Shown piece by piece: positions 26,400-35,044 of a DNA stretch of 36,648 bases. The notes beneath the pieces are model-generated. The model made no database searches. It was not told the origin of the DNA and was given only the letters and a program-made list of their open reading frames with translations. The translations under genes and the position numbers were made by a program. The stretch comes from Candidatus Woesearchaeota archaeon (GTDB taxonomy: Archaea; Nanobdellota; Nanobdellia; Pacearchaeales; GW2011-AR1): NCBI GenBank assembly GCA_964652735.1, contig CAZZCD010000003.1, positions 1 to 36,648 on the forward strand. Reading direction: 5' to 3'. The number at the start of each line of letters is the position of its first letter. The first letter of the stretch is position 1.

Positions 26400-27524
26400 C
26401 TAAATCCCAAAAACACTTTCCCTTCCTGTTTTCATATCTTTAATTTTAAACTTCTTTGCTTTAACTTCTTGACTTCCCACAAAAACAACTTTCTGAAAAT
26501 TACAAGAGTTTGCATAATTAAGGGCCTTTGAAGGTTTTCCGTAATAAATACTTGCGATCTTTCCTTTTTTTCTAAGTTTTTGTGCTAATTTGATTGCCTC
26601 TTTATCTTGTTTCAGTGATATTATAAGAGTTTTTTCATCTTCTGATTTTATTTTTGAAACAAACACCAATCTTTCCAGACCAAAAGAAATTCCTGTTGCC
26701 TGAACCTTATCTACCATATAGCTTCCTCCACCTGCAACAGAATCTTTAGAACCAACTTTAATTTCAAAAACACTTGAATTATAATAAGTTAATCCTCTTG
26801 ACAGCGAAGGAGAAAATACAACATTTACACCATAGTTTTTACAAAATCTTTTAAGTTGCTCAATCTCTTTATATGATTTATATTTTTTAAAGTAAGATTC
26901 TGGTTTTTTAATAATACCCATAACCTTTTCAGCTCTGATTTTCTTTAGATTTACTCGAACTTCTTTTTCAGGAAGTTTGCCAAATTTATCAATTTCTCTG
27001 ATTGTCTGCTCTTTGTTTTTAATTTTTAACTCATTAAATATTTCATTTAACAGCTTTCTGTTATTGATGTAAATCTTTGGCTTAATCCCACATCTTCCTA
27101 ATATTTCAGAAACCATTGCAAGAATTTCTGCCTCCTCGCGTATTGTTGAGCCTACAACATCTACATCACATTGTGTAAACTGCCTAAATCTATTTGCAGA
27201 AACAGGCTCGTCCCGGAACACTTCTCCAATCTGATATCTTTTATAAGGAAGTTTTTTGTTTTTTGCAAGTCTGTTCAATTGAAATGTGAACTCATATCTT
27301 AAAGCAAGCTTTCTTTTTCCTTTATCTTTAAGTTTAAAAATATCTGAAATAACTTCATCACCAGCATTTTCTCCTTTAACAAATTCTTCATATTCTATAA
27401 TAGGAGTTTCAGCAGACTCAAATCCATATCTCTCAAAAGTCTCGACTAGGATTTTCCTAATTTCTGCCTTTTTTCTGGCTTCTTCGCCAGAATAATCTTT
27501 AAAGCCTTTTACTGTTTCTTTCAT
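26400..27524 (-). CDS. hisS: histidine--tRNA ligase (compact)
   Basis: KGFKDY, TPIIEY, ALRYEFT, FRDEP..RFRQFTQCDVD, RGLTYY, GISFGLER. Confidence 0.93.
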   Translation of the reverse strand: MKETVKGFKDYSGEEARKKAEIRKILVETFERYGFESAETPIIEYEEFVKGENAGDEVISDIFKLKDKGKRKLALRYEFTFQLNRLAKNKKLPYKRYQIGEVFRDEPVSANRFRQFTQCDVDVVGSTIREEAEILAMVSEILGRCGIKPKIYINNRKLLNEIFNELKIKNKEQTIREIDKFGKLPEKEVRVNLKKIRAEKVMGIIKKPESYFKKYKSYKEIEQLKRFCKNYGVNVVFSPSLSRGLTYYNSSVFEIKVGSKDSVAGGGSYMVDKVQATGISFGLERLVFVSKIKSEDEKTLIISLKQDKEAIKLAQKLRKKGKIASIYYGKPSKALNYANSCNFQKVVFVGSQEVKAKKFKIKDMKTGRESVFGI

Positions 27525-27934
27525 TTTTTCTCATCCAATTTTTTAATTAAAGCATCAACTTTTTCGATTATTGATTTTATAATTCTTTCATTCCCTTTGT
27601 TATCAGTTCCTTCAAGCACATCTTTAATTTTCCAAAAACTCACTTTATCTTTGTACCATTTATAATTAAAAATTGTTTTAGGAACATCATCTGCAATTAC
27701 AATTATTCTATCTTGTTCTTTCAGCATATCCATACTAAGTGTTCTAGGTTTTCCAAGTATATTGATATTAAATCTTTTTGCCATTTTAACTTGATATTTA
27801 TCTAAAGGAAGAAAACCTTTGATCAATCCTCCACTTGTAGCTTTAATATTTTTATTCTTATTCATTTTTTTGAAATAAGCTTCAGCCACCCTGCTTCTAA
27901 ATCTATTGTATTTACATATAAACAATATTTTCAT
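27521..27934 (-). CDS. low-molecular-weight phosphatase / ArsC-like protein
   Basis: ILFICKYNRFRS (C-x5-R-S), W.I.D; AGGAGG Shine-Dalgarno; 4-nt overlap with hisS. Confidence 0.85.
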   Translation of the reverse strand: MKILFICKYNRFRSRVAEAYFKKMNKNKNIKATSGGLIKGFLPLDKYQVKMAKRFNINILGKPRTLSMDMLKEQDRIIVIADDVPKTIFNYKWYKDKVSFWKIKDVLEGTDNKGNERIIKSIIEKVDALIKKLDEKK

Positions 27935-27951
27935 TTTTCCTCCTTTGAAAG

Positions 27952-28023
27952 GGTGGAAGGAGGGAATCGAACCCTCTTCTCACGGACCACAACCATGCGT
28001 ACTACCAATATACTACATCCACC
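27952..28023 (-). tRNA. tRNA-His(GUG) with encoded G-1
   Basis: G GTGGATG TA GTAT ATTGGTA GTAC G CATGG TTGTGGT CCGTG AGAA GAGGG TTCGATT CCCTC CTTCCAC C; one U-U pair in the acceptor stem. Confidence 0.95.
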
Positions 28024-28025
28024 AT

Positions 28026-28050
28026 TGTAAGGAACCAAGGTTCCTTGACA
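28026..28050. repeat. short palindrome upstream of tRNA-His
   Basis: TGT AAGGAACC AA GGTTCCTT G ACA. Confidence 0.7.
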
Positions 28051-28254
28051 CTCAACCTCCTTTAAGATTGGGTCAGGCCTGATTCCATTATTTAATTCAA
28101 ATGAAGATTGTTTAAAAAGATTAGCAAAGCTAAAGAAATCGTTTCTAATGATGCCGACAATTTCGGATCGTTTTCATAAAATCATTAAATAAAAAGGGTT
28201 TTTAAGATTAACTATCAGAGTTCAAACTACAAGAATATAAAATAAAAAATTAAA

Positions 28255-28698
28255 TTAAAAAGTAAAGGAATTTGTTTGTGAGCAAAGTGCTTCATTTCCT
28301 GATGCGTCTGTGAAATAAACAGTAAACTCTAGTTTATTCGCATTTGTAATTCCCCCCACAAATTCTTCGGTTTTTGTGTCAAGTACAGCCAAATCCTCAA
28401 ATCCATCAAGAACCCCGCTATTAGTTGTTTCATTAAACAAAGCTATTTTAACTCCATCAATTGTTTCTCCACCAGCAAGTCTTAAAGTGACAGAATAATT
28501 CCCAGCTTCACCTGTAACCGGGGCAACACTTACAGCCCTTAAGTCAATAGCAATACATTTTGTGCTTACGTCAATCTGCTCTGATCCCTCTTGGATAAGA
28601 TTCCTTACAACCACCCAGATAATACCCACTGCTACCAAAACTAAAAGAATAATTATCAAAGTAGCTACAATCGCCGACAAACCTCTTTTGTTTTCCAT
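28255..28698 (-). CDS. archaeal type IV pilin-like protein
   Basis: Class III signal peptide NKRG/LSAIVATLIIILLVLVAVGIIW; GAGGAGG precedes ATG at 28698. Confidence 0.88.
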   Translation of the reverse strand: MENKRGLSAIVATLIIILLVLVAVGIIWVVVRNLIQEGSEQIDVSTKCIAIDLRAVSVAPVTGEAGNYSVTLRLAGGETIDGVKIALFNETTNSGVLDGFEDLAVLDTKTEEFVGGITNANKLEFTVYFTDASGNEALCSQTNSFTF

Positions 28699-28766
28699 TG
28701 TCCTCCTCATTTTAAATAGTATAATTTAATCAAACAAATCTGATTTAAAAATGTTTTGTTCTTGCT

Positions 28767-29966
28767 TTAACTTTTATTAAAAGCATTTAAAAGTTTAAAA
28801 AATTCTTCTTTATCAATAACCTTGTCTGCTTCAGAAAAACCAATTTGTTCTGCGAATTTCCAGAATGCGCTTGGTTTGTATCCTTGTTTTTTTAATGATG
28901 CTATTGTTGGTAATTTCATGTCATCCCATCCAGAATATTTACCCTCTTCTATCTCTTTTCTTATTTTTGTTGTTGAAAGTTCAAGATCTTTAAATTTAAT
29001 TCTTCCTAAGAATGCTGTCCATGGAAATTTCTTTCCAAGAGCCTTGTAAATTCTTTTTTGTTTTTCTGCATTGTCTCTGTGGTCTTTTGCTCTTATAATA
29101 TGGGTCATTTTCATCTCAATGTCATCAACAGCAACAGCAAAATTCATCAAAGGCCAAACCCTATATTTGTTTCTTTGTTTTGGGTGTTTTGTCAAATTAA
29201 TTCTTGCTATAGGAAAGTCTCTCATCGCAGGATTTTTATCTTTCATTCCTGATTTAAATCTTAACACAGCTTCTCCCTCTTTAAATCCTTTATCAAGCAT
29301 ATTCTGCCACCCCACTAAATTATCTTTAACACTCATTTTTCTGCAAGGGCAGTTTTTTTTAGTTTCTACGAATTTCTTAAATTTTTCTGTAGAGCAAGTG
29401 CAGACATAAACTACATTTTTTTTAATGAGTTTTTCAGCATATTTATAATAAAGAGCCATTCTATCGGACTGGATTACAATCTCAGCAGTATTATCAAAAA
29501 GCCAGGCAGATTCTTTTTTAATCATCTCATAAGCTTTAGGATAAATGTTTTTGGGATTTGTATCTTCTATTCTTACATAAAATTTCCCCTCATATTCCTT
29601 CACAAATAAAAAAGATAGAGAAGCTGTTAATGCATGTCCTATATGTAGGGGACCTGAAGTAGAAGGAGCAAACCTCATTATAACTTTTCCTTTTTTTGCA
29701 TCAGGCAATTCAGGAAGTCCTTCACGTGTCTTTCTCACACTTATAATTTTTACCAGTTTCTTAAATTCTTTTTTCTGCTCTTCAGGAGAGAGTTCATTTA
29801 CTTCTGAGATAATCTTATTAATTTGTTTGGAATATTTTTTCACATCACCCCTCTTTAATCCTTCATTAAACAAGGCAGAAATTACAGCGCCAATTCTTGC
29901 TTCACCATCATAACTAATTGCGTTTTTCAGTGCATAAGCACGTGCCTTTTTTTCTAAATTCTTCAT
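28767..29966 (-). CDS. gltX: glutamate--tRNA ligase, C-terminally short
   Basis: RFAPSTSGPLHIGH, RIEDT, YVCTC, VWPL..F...DD, THIIRAKDH, LSTT, GWDD..LPTI. Confidence 0.92.
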   Translation of the reverse strand: MKNLEKKARAYALKNAISYDGEARIGAVISALFNEGLKRGDVKKYSKQINKIISEVNELSPEEQKKEFKKLVKIISVRKTREGLPELPDAKKGKVIMRFAPSTSGPLHIGHALTASLSFLFVKEYEGKFYVRIEDTNPKNIYPKAYEMIKKESAWLFDNTAEIVIQSDRMALYYKYAEKLIKKNVVYVCTCSTEKFKKFVETKKNCPCRKMSVKDNLVGWQNMLDKGFKEGEAVLRFKSGMKDKNPAMRDFPIARINLTKHPKQRNKYRVWPLMNFAVAVDDIEMKMTHIIRAKDHRDNAEKQKRIYKALGKKFPWTAFLGRIKFKDLELSTTKIRKEIEEGKYSGWDDMKLPTIASLKKQGYKPSAFWKFAEQIGFSEADKVIDKEEFFKLLNAFNKS

Positions 29967-29996
29967 ACCCTCAAAAAGAAAAAACCATTAATAAAT

Positions 29997-30332
29997 TTAT
30001 TCAATTCTAACATTAGACTTTTTTTCTAAAATCTCAATTCTCTGTTGTAAGTGATAAATCTGGTTTGAAAGGTCTTCAAGTTTGCTTGTTATTTCAAGAA
30101 TTCTTTTTGCAAGCTTTTTCCTTCTTTCATTAGGAGCCTTTGAAAGATCAAGTACTTCTGAATCACTCCCTGGTGAATCTGAAGATGAATCAAAAAATGC
30201 AATTGAATCTGATGATGAACTCTCAGTAGATTCAGACGAAGCCATTTGCTCTTCTTTTTCTTTTTGTTTTCTAAATCTTTCTCCAAGATCAATCACATCT
30301 TTTCCTTTTCTACCAAATTTAAAGATACCCAT
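29997..30332 (-). CDS. hypothetical protein with Ser-rich linker and C-terminal coiled coil
   Basis: LEDLSNQIYHLQQRIEILEKK heptads. Confidence 0.75.
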   Translation of the reverse strand: MGIFKFGRKGKDVIDLGERFRKQKEKEEQMASSESTESSSSDSIAFFDSSSDSPGSDSEVLDLSKAPNERRKKLAKRILEITSKLEDLSNQIYHLQQRIEILEKKSNVRIE

Positions 30333-30376
30333 ATTTAATCAAAGAGTTTGTTATTTTTAAATTTAGTTATAATGGA

Positions 30377-32104
30377 TTAATCTAAACCTTTTTGGAGAGA
30401 ATAAAATTTATAATAAAGACCCTTCTTACTCATAAGTTCCTTGTGATTTCCTACTTCTGCAATTCTTCCTTTATCTAGAACAACTATCTTGTCCGCATTT
30501 CTAACTGTTGAAAATCTATGAGCAATTATTATTGTTGTTTTTCCTTCTATAAGCCGATCAATTCCTTCCTGAACTTTTTTCTCTGATTCTGCATCAAGAG
30601 CGGCTGTGGGTTCGTCGAGAATTAATATCTCAGGATTTTTCAAGAAAGCCATTGTAATAGCAATTCTTTGTCTTTGTCCCGTTGAGAGCTTTACTCCTTT
30701 TTCCCCTACTATTGTGTTGTATTTTTTAGGAAGCTTTGAAATGAATTCATCTGCAGAAGCAGCCTTCGCTGCATTAATAATTTCTTTTATAGTGGCTTTT
30801 GGATTGGCATATTTCAAGTTATTTATTAAAGTATCATTAAATAAATTCAAATCTTGGGGAACTATTGCTATCTGATTCCTCAACCATTTTAATTGTAACT
30901 TTGATATGTCTAAACCATCTAAAAAAATTCTCCCTTCTTTTGGTTTGTAATACCCCATAATAAGTTCAGCCAGAGTTGTTTTTCCCACTCCGCTCTTGCC
31001 GACAAGAGCAACAGTTTCCCCGCTTTTTATTTTAAGATTAATATTTTTCAAAATAGGCTTATCTTTTAAATATTCAAAATCAACATCGTCAAAGATTATC
31101 TCTCCCTTGAGATTGTCTAATGTTTTATTTCCGTGTTTCATTTTTTCAGGAACAATTTTTCTTAACTTCAAAAATCTCTTAACAGCAACAACAGATCTCT
31201 TATATCTTCTGTATATGCCGCTAAAAAACCTAAATGGACCAAATGCTAAGTTTATGTATCCAAAGAACATAACAAACTGGCCCGGCGTTATTTTCCCGTT
31301 TCTTAAGAAAAATATAGCTGAACCTAATACAGCCACAAAACTAAGGCTATAAACAACTCCTTGTGCAATAGAAACTCTTTTTGATTTATCTGCAGCATTC
31401 TTAACTGCTGGAAGGGTTTTGCCAACAAGAGATTTAAAAAATCTTTTTCTCTCTTTCTCTTCCATAACAAAATTCTTGACAAGAAAAACATTGTATAATT
31501 TATCATAAACATTCCCATATTGCTTCTCAAAAACCTTGTGCTCTTTTTTTCTAGCAGCAAGTTCTGGTTTTACTAATTTAACAGTTAAAATTGTATAAAT
31601 AATAAAAGAAAAGATAACAATTAAGGCGAGCTGCCACTGTATTATAAACATAACTACAAGAGAGAATAATAACATTAAAAATTGGGGGAGTACATCAGAA
31701 ACCGAGGATATTAAATCATTTAATGACCACGAACCCCTTAAAATTTTTTGCAACACTTCCCCTTTTCGTTCTTTTTTATGAAATAAAATAGGAAGGGTCA
31801 GAAAATGTGAATAAGCTTCTGATTCGGTTTCTAAGGCGATCTTTGCTCCTAAAATTTCTCCCATAAAACCTGTTTTATTAGAAATATATGTTGATAGCAA
31901 ACTCAATACAAGCCATAAAGCAATAAGAGAGAGCAGGATATTGGTCGCTGTTTGAGTGATTATAGCTAAGTCAAACAACCTACCATAAATATAAGGAATA
32001 ACAACTGCTAAGGCGGCCCCAATGGTTGCAACCATAATAATCTTTGTTAGTTCTTTTCTGTTAGCTTTAAATATATCAAGAAAGAATTTTTTTGTATTAT
32101 TCAT
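30377..32104 (-). CDS. ABC exporter, fused permease and ATPase
   Basis: N-terminal TM helices, GKSGVGKT, LSTGQRQR, ILILDE, IAHR; ATG at 32104 preferred. Confidence 0.93.
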   Translation of the reverse strand: MNNTKKFFLDIFKANRKELTKIIMVATIGAALAVVIPYIYGRLFDLAIITQTATNILLSLIALWLVLSLLSTYISNKTGFMGEILGAKIALETESEAYSHFLTLPILFHKKERKGEVLQKILRGSWSLNDLISSVSDVLPQFLMLLFSLVVMFIIQWQLALIVIFSFIIYTILTVKLVKPELAARKKEHKVFEKQYGNVYDKLYNVFLVKNFVMEEKERKRFFKSLVGKTLPAVKNAADKSKRVSIAQGVVYSLSFVAVLGSAIFFLRNGKITPGQFVMFFGYINLAFGPFRFFSGIYRRYKRSVVAVKRFLKLRKIVPEKMKHGNKTLDNLKGEIIFDDVDFEYLKDKPILKNINLKIKSGETVALVGKSGVGKTTLAELIMGYYKPKEGRIFLDGLDISKLQLKWLRNQIAIVPQDLNLFNDTLINNLKYANPKATIKEIINAAKAASADEFISKLPKKYNTIVGEKGVKLSTGQRQRIAITMAFLKNPEILILDEPTAALDAESEKKVQEGIDRLIEGKTTIIIAHRFSTVRNADKIVVLDKGRIAEVGNHKELMSKKGLYYKFYSLQKGLD

Positions 32105-32243
32105 TACATAAAAAGCCAAAATTAATTTATAAAACTTTTTCCCCGTCGATTTTCAGAAGAAAACCTTATATGGTTTAAATCCCTCGAAACAAATAGAAAC
32201 CCCTAATCTAAATATTTATATATTTGAATATCTTTTGTTTTTA

Positions 32244-32351
32244 ATGGAAGATACCCTCCTTATGAAAAAGTCTCTTGGTGAAGAAAGAGATTTAGAATAT
32301 GAAGAGGAAGACGAATTCTTAGACAAACTTTTTGAAGATGATGAAGATTAG
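32244..32351 (+). CDS. 35-aa acidic microprotein
   Basis: Not in track; MEDTLLMKKSLGEERDLEYEEEDEFLDKLFEDDED*; TTTATATA about 25 nt upstream. Confidence 0.55.
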   Translation: MEDTLLMKKSLGEERDLEYEEEDEFLDKLFEDDED

Positions 32352-32386
32352 AAACATTTTTTAAACATCCAATCTTTTATTTTTAC

Positions 32387-33838
32387 ATGACCGCAACAAT
32401 TGAACAACTCATAGGGAAAATTCATCCAAAACTTTATGCGGACAAAGGAGCAGAACTACTAAAAAAATACGGCTCTAGTGAAGGAATTCCTGCAGAAGAA
32501 GTTGAAGAAAAACAAATATTAGAGCACTCTCTTATCTATGATTCTAGCTCAGAGACCTTAGAACCTGTTTATTTTTTTATTTTGGATTTAATGAATGACC
32601 TTGGTTTAAAGACAGAAAAATTAATTGATAATTTTACTTCATCTCCTGGCTCAGGACATTTTGCAGAGTTAGGACAGAGAGCAACAGTAATGCAGCAGCA
32701 GGGAACAAAAATTCTTTTTGACGTAAACAATGTTTTGAAAAGCGTGCTTAATATTATTTATGACTTAAAAGAACACAAAATAAGACTTCAGCTGTATGAT
32801 GATATAAAAACAGATAAAAAAGAATCAGCTCTTCTCGCATTAAAACAAGTGTGGATGGACAAGGTTGATATAAACAAGGGAAACTCAAGCATAAAAGCCA
32901 TGGCTATTGGGCAGGCTGGATTTCAAACTCTTATAGATGCTTTTCTCTTTGTTAAAGATGTTGATGATGTTAATAAAGTTGATTTAAACGACAGAGTTAA
33001 AAGAATTTTAAGAGCAAGGATACTTGAGTTTAATACTTGGCTTGAGCATTCTGAGAAAGAGTTAAGAAAAAGATACGAGCTTGAAAAAACTTATTTAAAG
33101 ACCCAGGTTAATTCCTTAAAACTTTATTCAAGATGGGCAAGACCTTATCTTAAAGCAGCACAGGAGTTAGAGATGAAGGAAAGAGGAAGAGAGCCTGCCT
33201 TGGTTAAAGCATTTAATACAATTATTCTTGAATTAACTTTATTAGGAAAAAAGAAAATCGATTTAAGAGAAGAAGCACTTTCAGGGAATCTTCCAAAGGA
33301 TTTTGAAAAAATTAAAACAAAGGATTATTACAGCTGTGTTCTTGTTAATTTTAAATTCCGTGGAATTCCGCAGAGAGTAAGTCAACAAGCACATTATGCT
33401 TTTGGAGGAAGAGCTGAAATTTCCTTTAAACCCTATGTGTTGAATGAAGATGAAATACAAAAACTTAATGAAGAACTTGAAGCTTCTGACGTTAATGATG
33501 TTCTCAGGTTGATAGAAGGTGCAACATCTGAAAGTCTTGAGCAGCTTCAGGAAGAGATTAACTTTTTTCTTGAAGAAAAAGATGAAAAAGAAGAACAAGA
33601 AAAACAAAAAGATTCTTCAAATCCTTTCAAAGCACTTATTGGAGGATATGGGGGAGAACCAACAGAGCCAAAAACAAAAGTTGCTGTTTCTCCTACTGCT
33701 AAGAAAGTTATAATGAGGCCAGAAACTTATGCTGAAAAAAATTATGTAAGAACTCTTGGAGAAGAAAAAGCAAAAAAACTTGCATTTAATCTTTTTGATT
33801 TTTACAAAAAAGCTCACGGAATGCCCAGTTATACTTGA
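32387..33838 (+). CDS. hypothetical helical protein (483 aa)
   Basis: Long ORF with normal composition; function not recognised. Confidence 0.85.
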   Translation: MTATIEQLIGKIHPKLYADKGAELLKKYGSSEGIPAEEVEEKQILEHSLIYDSSSETLEPVYFFILDLMNDLGLKTEKLIDNFTSSPGSGHFAELGQRATVMQQQGTKILFDVNNVLKSVLNIIYDLKEHKIRLQLYDDIKTDKKESALLALKQVWMDKVDINKGNSSIKAMAIGQAGFQTLIDAFLFVKDVDDVNKVDLNDRVKRILRARILEFNTWLEHSEKELRKRYELEKTYLKTQVNSLKLYSRWARPYLKAAQELEMKERGREPALVKAFNTIILELTLLGKKKIDLREEALSGNLPKDFEKIKTKDYYSCVLVNFKFRGIPQRVSQQAHYAFGGRAEISFKPYVLNEDEIQKLNEELEASDVNDVLRLIEGATSESLEQLQEEINFFLEEKDEKEEQEKQKDSSNPFKALIGGYGGEPTEPKTKVAVSPTAKKVIMRPETYAEKNYVRTLGEEKAKKLAFNLFDFYKKAHGMPSYT

Positions 33839-33903
33839 TTTTTGTCATAATTATAGAATATAAAAGCTTATAAAGTACTTATTTTACAGCTCTTTAAGAT
33901 AAA

Positions 33904-34353
33904 ATGGTAAAAAGATCCACAGAAGAATTGGAAAAAATGTTAACAGAAACAAGTGAAAAAAAGATAGCAATAGATGAGGAAGCACTCTCTTTTACTTCTT
34001 TGTCTCTAGGAAGTAGGAATCCTCCTCAAATTGAAGTTTTAACACATTATATGAGAGATATTATCCAATTATATGAAAATGCGAAAAGTGTTATAAAAGA
34101 AGATTATGAAAAAAGAAGAAAGTTATTAGATAAAGAGCTTATTTATTCTGAGTTTTCAGTTAGAACAGGCAATTGTTTAAAAATTAATGGCATAACAACA
34201 GTAAGAGATTTAGTTAGTAATATAAAAAGTGAAGAAGATTTTTTCAAATATAAAAATGTAGGTAGAAATAGTTTTGCTGAAATAAAAGATTTTTTAGATA
34301 AAAACGATTTACATTTGGGAATGGATATTAACGAATATTTAGGACAGGAATAA
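33904..34353 (+). CDS. protein with bacterial RNA polymerase alpha C-terminal domain
   Basis: EFSVRTGNCLKINGITTVRDLV..SEEDFFKYKNVGRNSFAEIKDFL..DLHLGM matches the alpha-CTD pattern LSVRxxNCL...I..v.DL...E.dll...N.G.kS..EI...L...GM. Confidence 0.88.
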   Translation: MVKRSTEELEKMLTETSEKKIAIDEEALSFTSLSLGSRNPPQIEVLTHYMRDIIQLYENAKSVIKEDYEKRRKLLDKELIYSEFSVRTGNCLKINGITTVRDLVSNIKSEEDFFKYKNVGRNSFAEIKDFLDKNDLHLGMDINEYLGQE

Positions 34354-34393
34354 TATCCAATAATTTTATATATTTCTTTAATCTAACAAATTC

Positions 34394-34972
34394 ATGCCCA
34401 AGAAAAAATCAAAAGAATCTAAAGAAGAATTTGAGGAGTTGGATAAATTATTTGATAAAGATGATGAAGTTAAGAAATCTGAACTTGAAGAAGATGTGGA
34501 ATTAAATCTAGAAGATTTACAATTTCATCAGTTTATGCAGTCTTCTGAACCTTTAGAGGACAAAGCTCCTGTTCTTGAAAGAATTGCTGGTTCTCAGCCA
34601 GGACCAGTTTTTGTCGGAGGAATACCACAAACAGCTATTAATGTTCCAGGAGAAGAAGAAAAAACAAACGATTTCAAATATGTTCCTGGGGGTGGGGGAA
34701 ATGATGAGCCAAAATATATTGCTTCTGATTCAAGAGTTTCCTCAGAACTAACTCCTGTAGATTTAATGAAAGTAGGAAGAAGACCGGCTGAACCAGTTCC
34801 TCAAGTGAATCAAGAAACATTTTCCATGCACTCAGAACCACATTTACCGACCGTATCAACACCTGAAAGAGAATTCAGGGCTGAAAGAATTGACATAGAG
34901 AAGGCAGGAAGAAGAGATGTTTTTGAAGGAGAAGATGTTAAATACAAACCAAAACTTCCTAAAAACCATTAA
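34394..34972 (+). CDS. hypothetical acidic/Pro-rich, probably disordered protein
   Basis: 192 aa with own TATA. Confidence 0.75.
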   Translation: MPKKKSKESKEEFEELDKLFDKDDEVKKSELEEDVELNLEDLQFHQFMQSSEPLEDKAPVLERIAGSQPGPVFVGGIPQTAINVPGEEEKTNDFKYVPGGGGNDEPKYIASDSRVSSELTPVDLMKVGRRPAEPVPQVNQETFSMHSEPHLPTVSTPEREFRAERIDIEKAGRRDVFEGEDVKYKPKLPKNH

Positions 34973-35044
34973 AAGTTATCTAGGATAAATTATATAAACA
35001 AAATCTTCATTATTTTTTAATAAAAAGAGGATAAAAAACACGAA

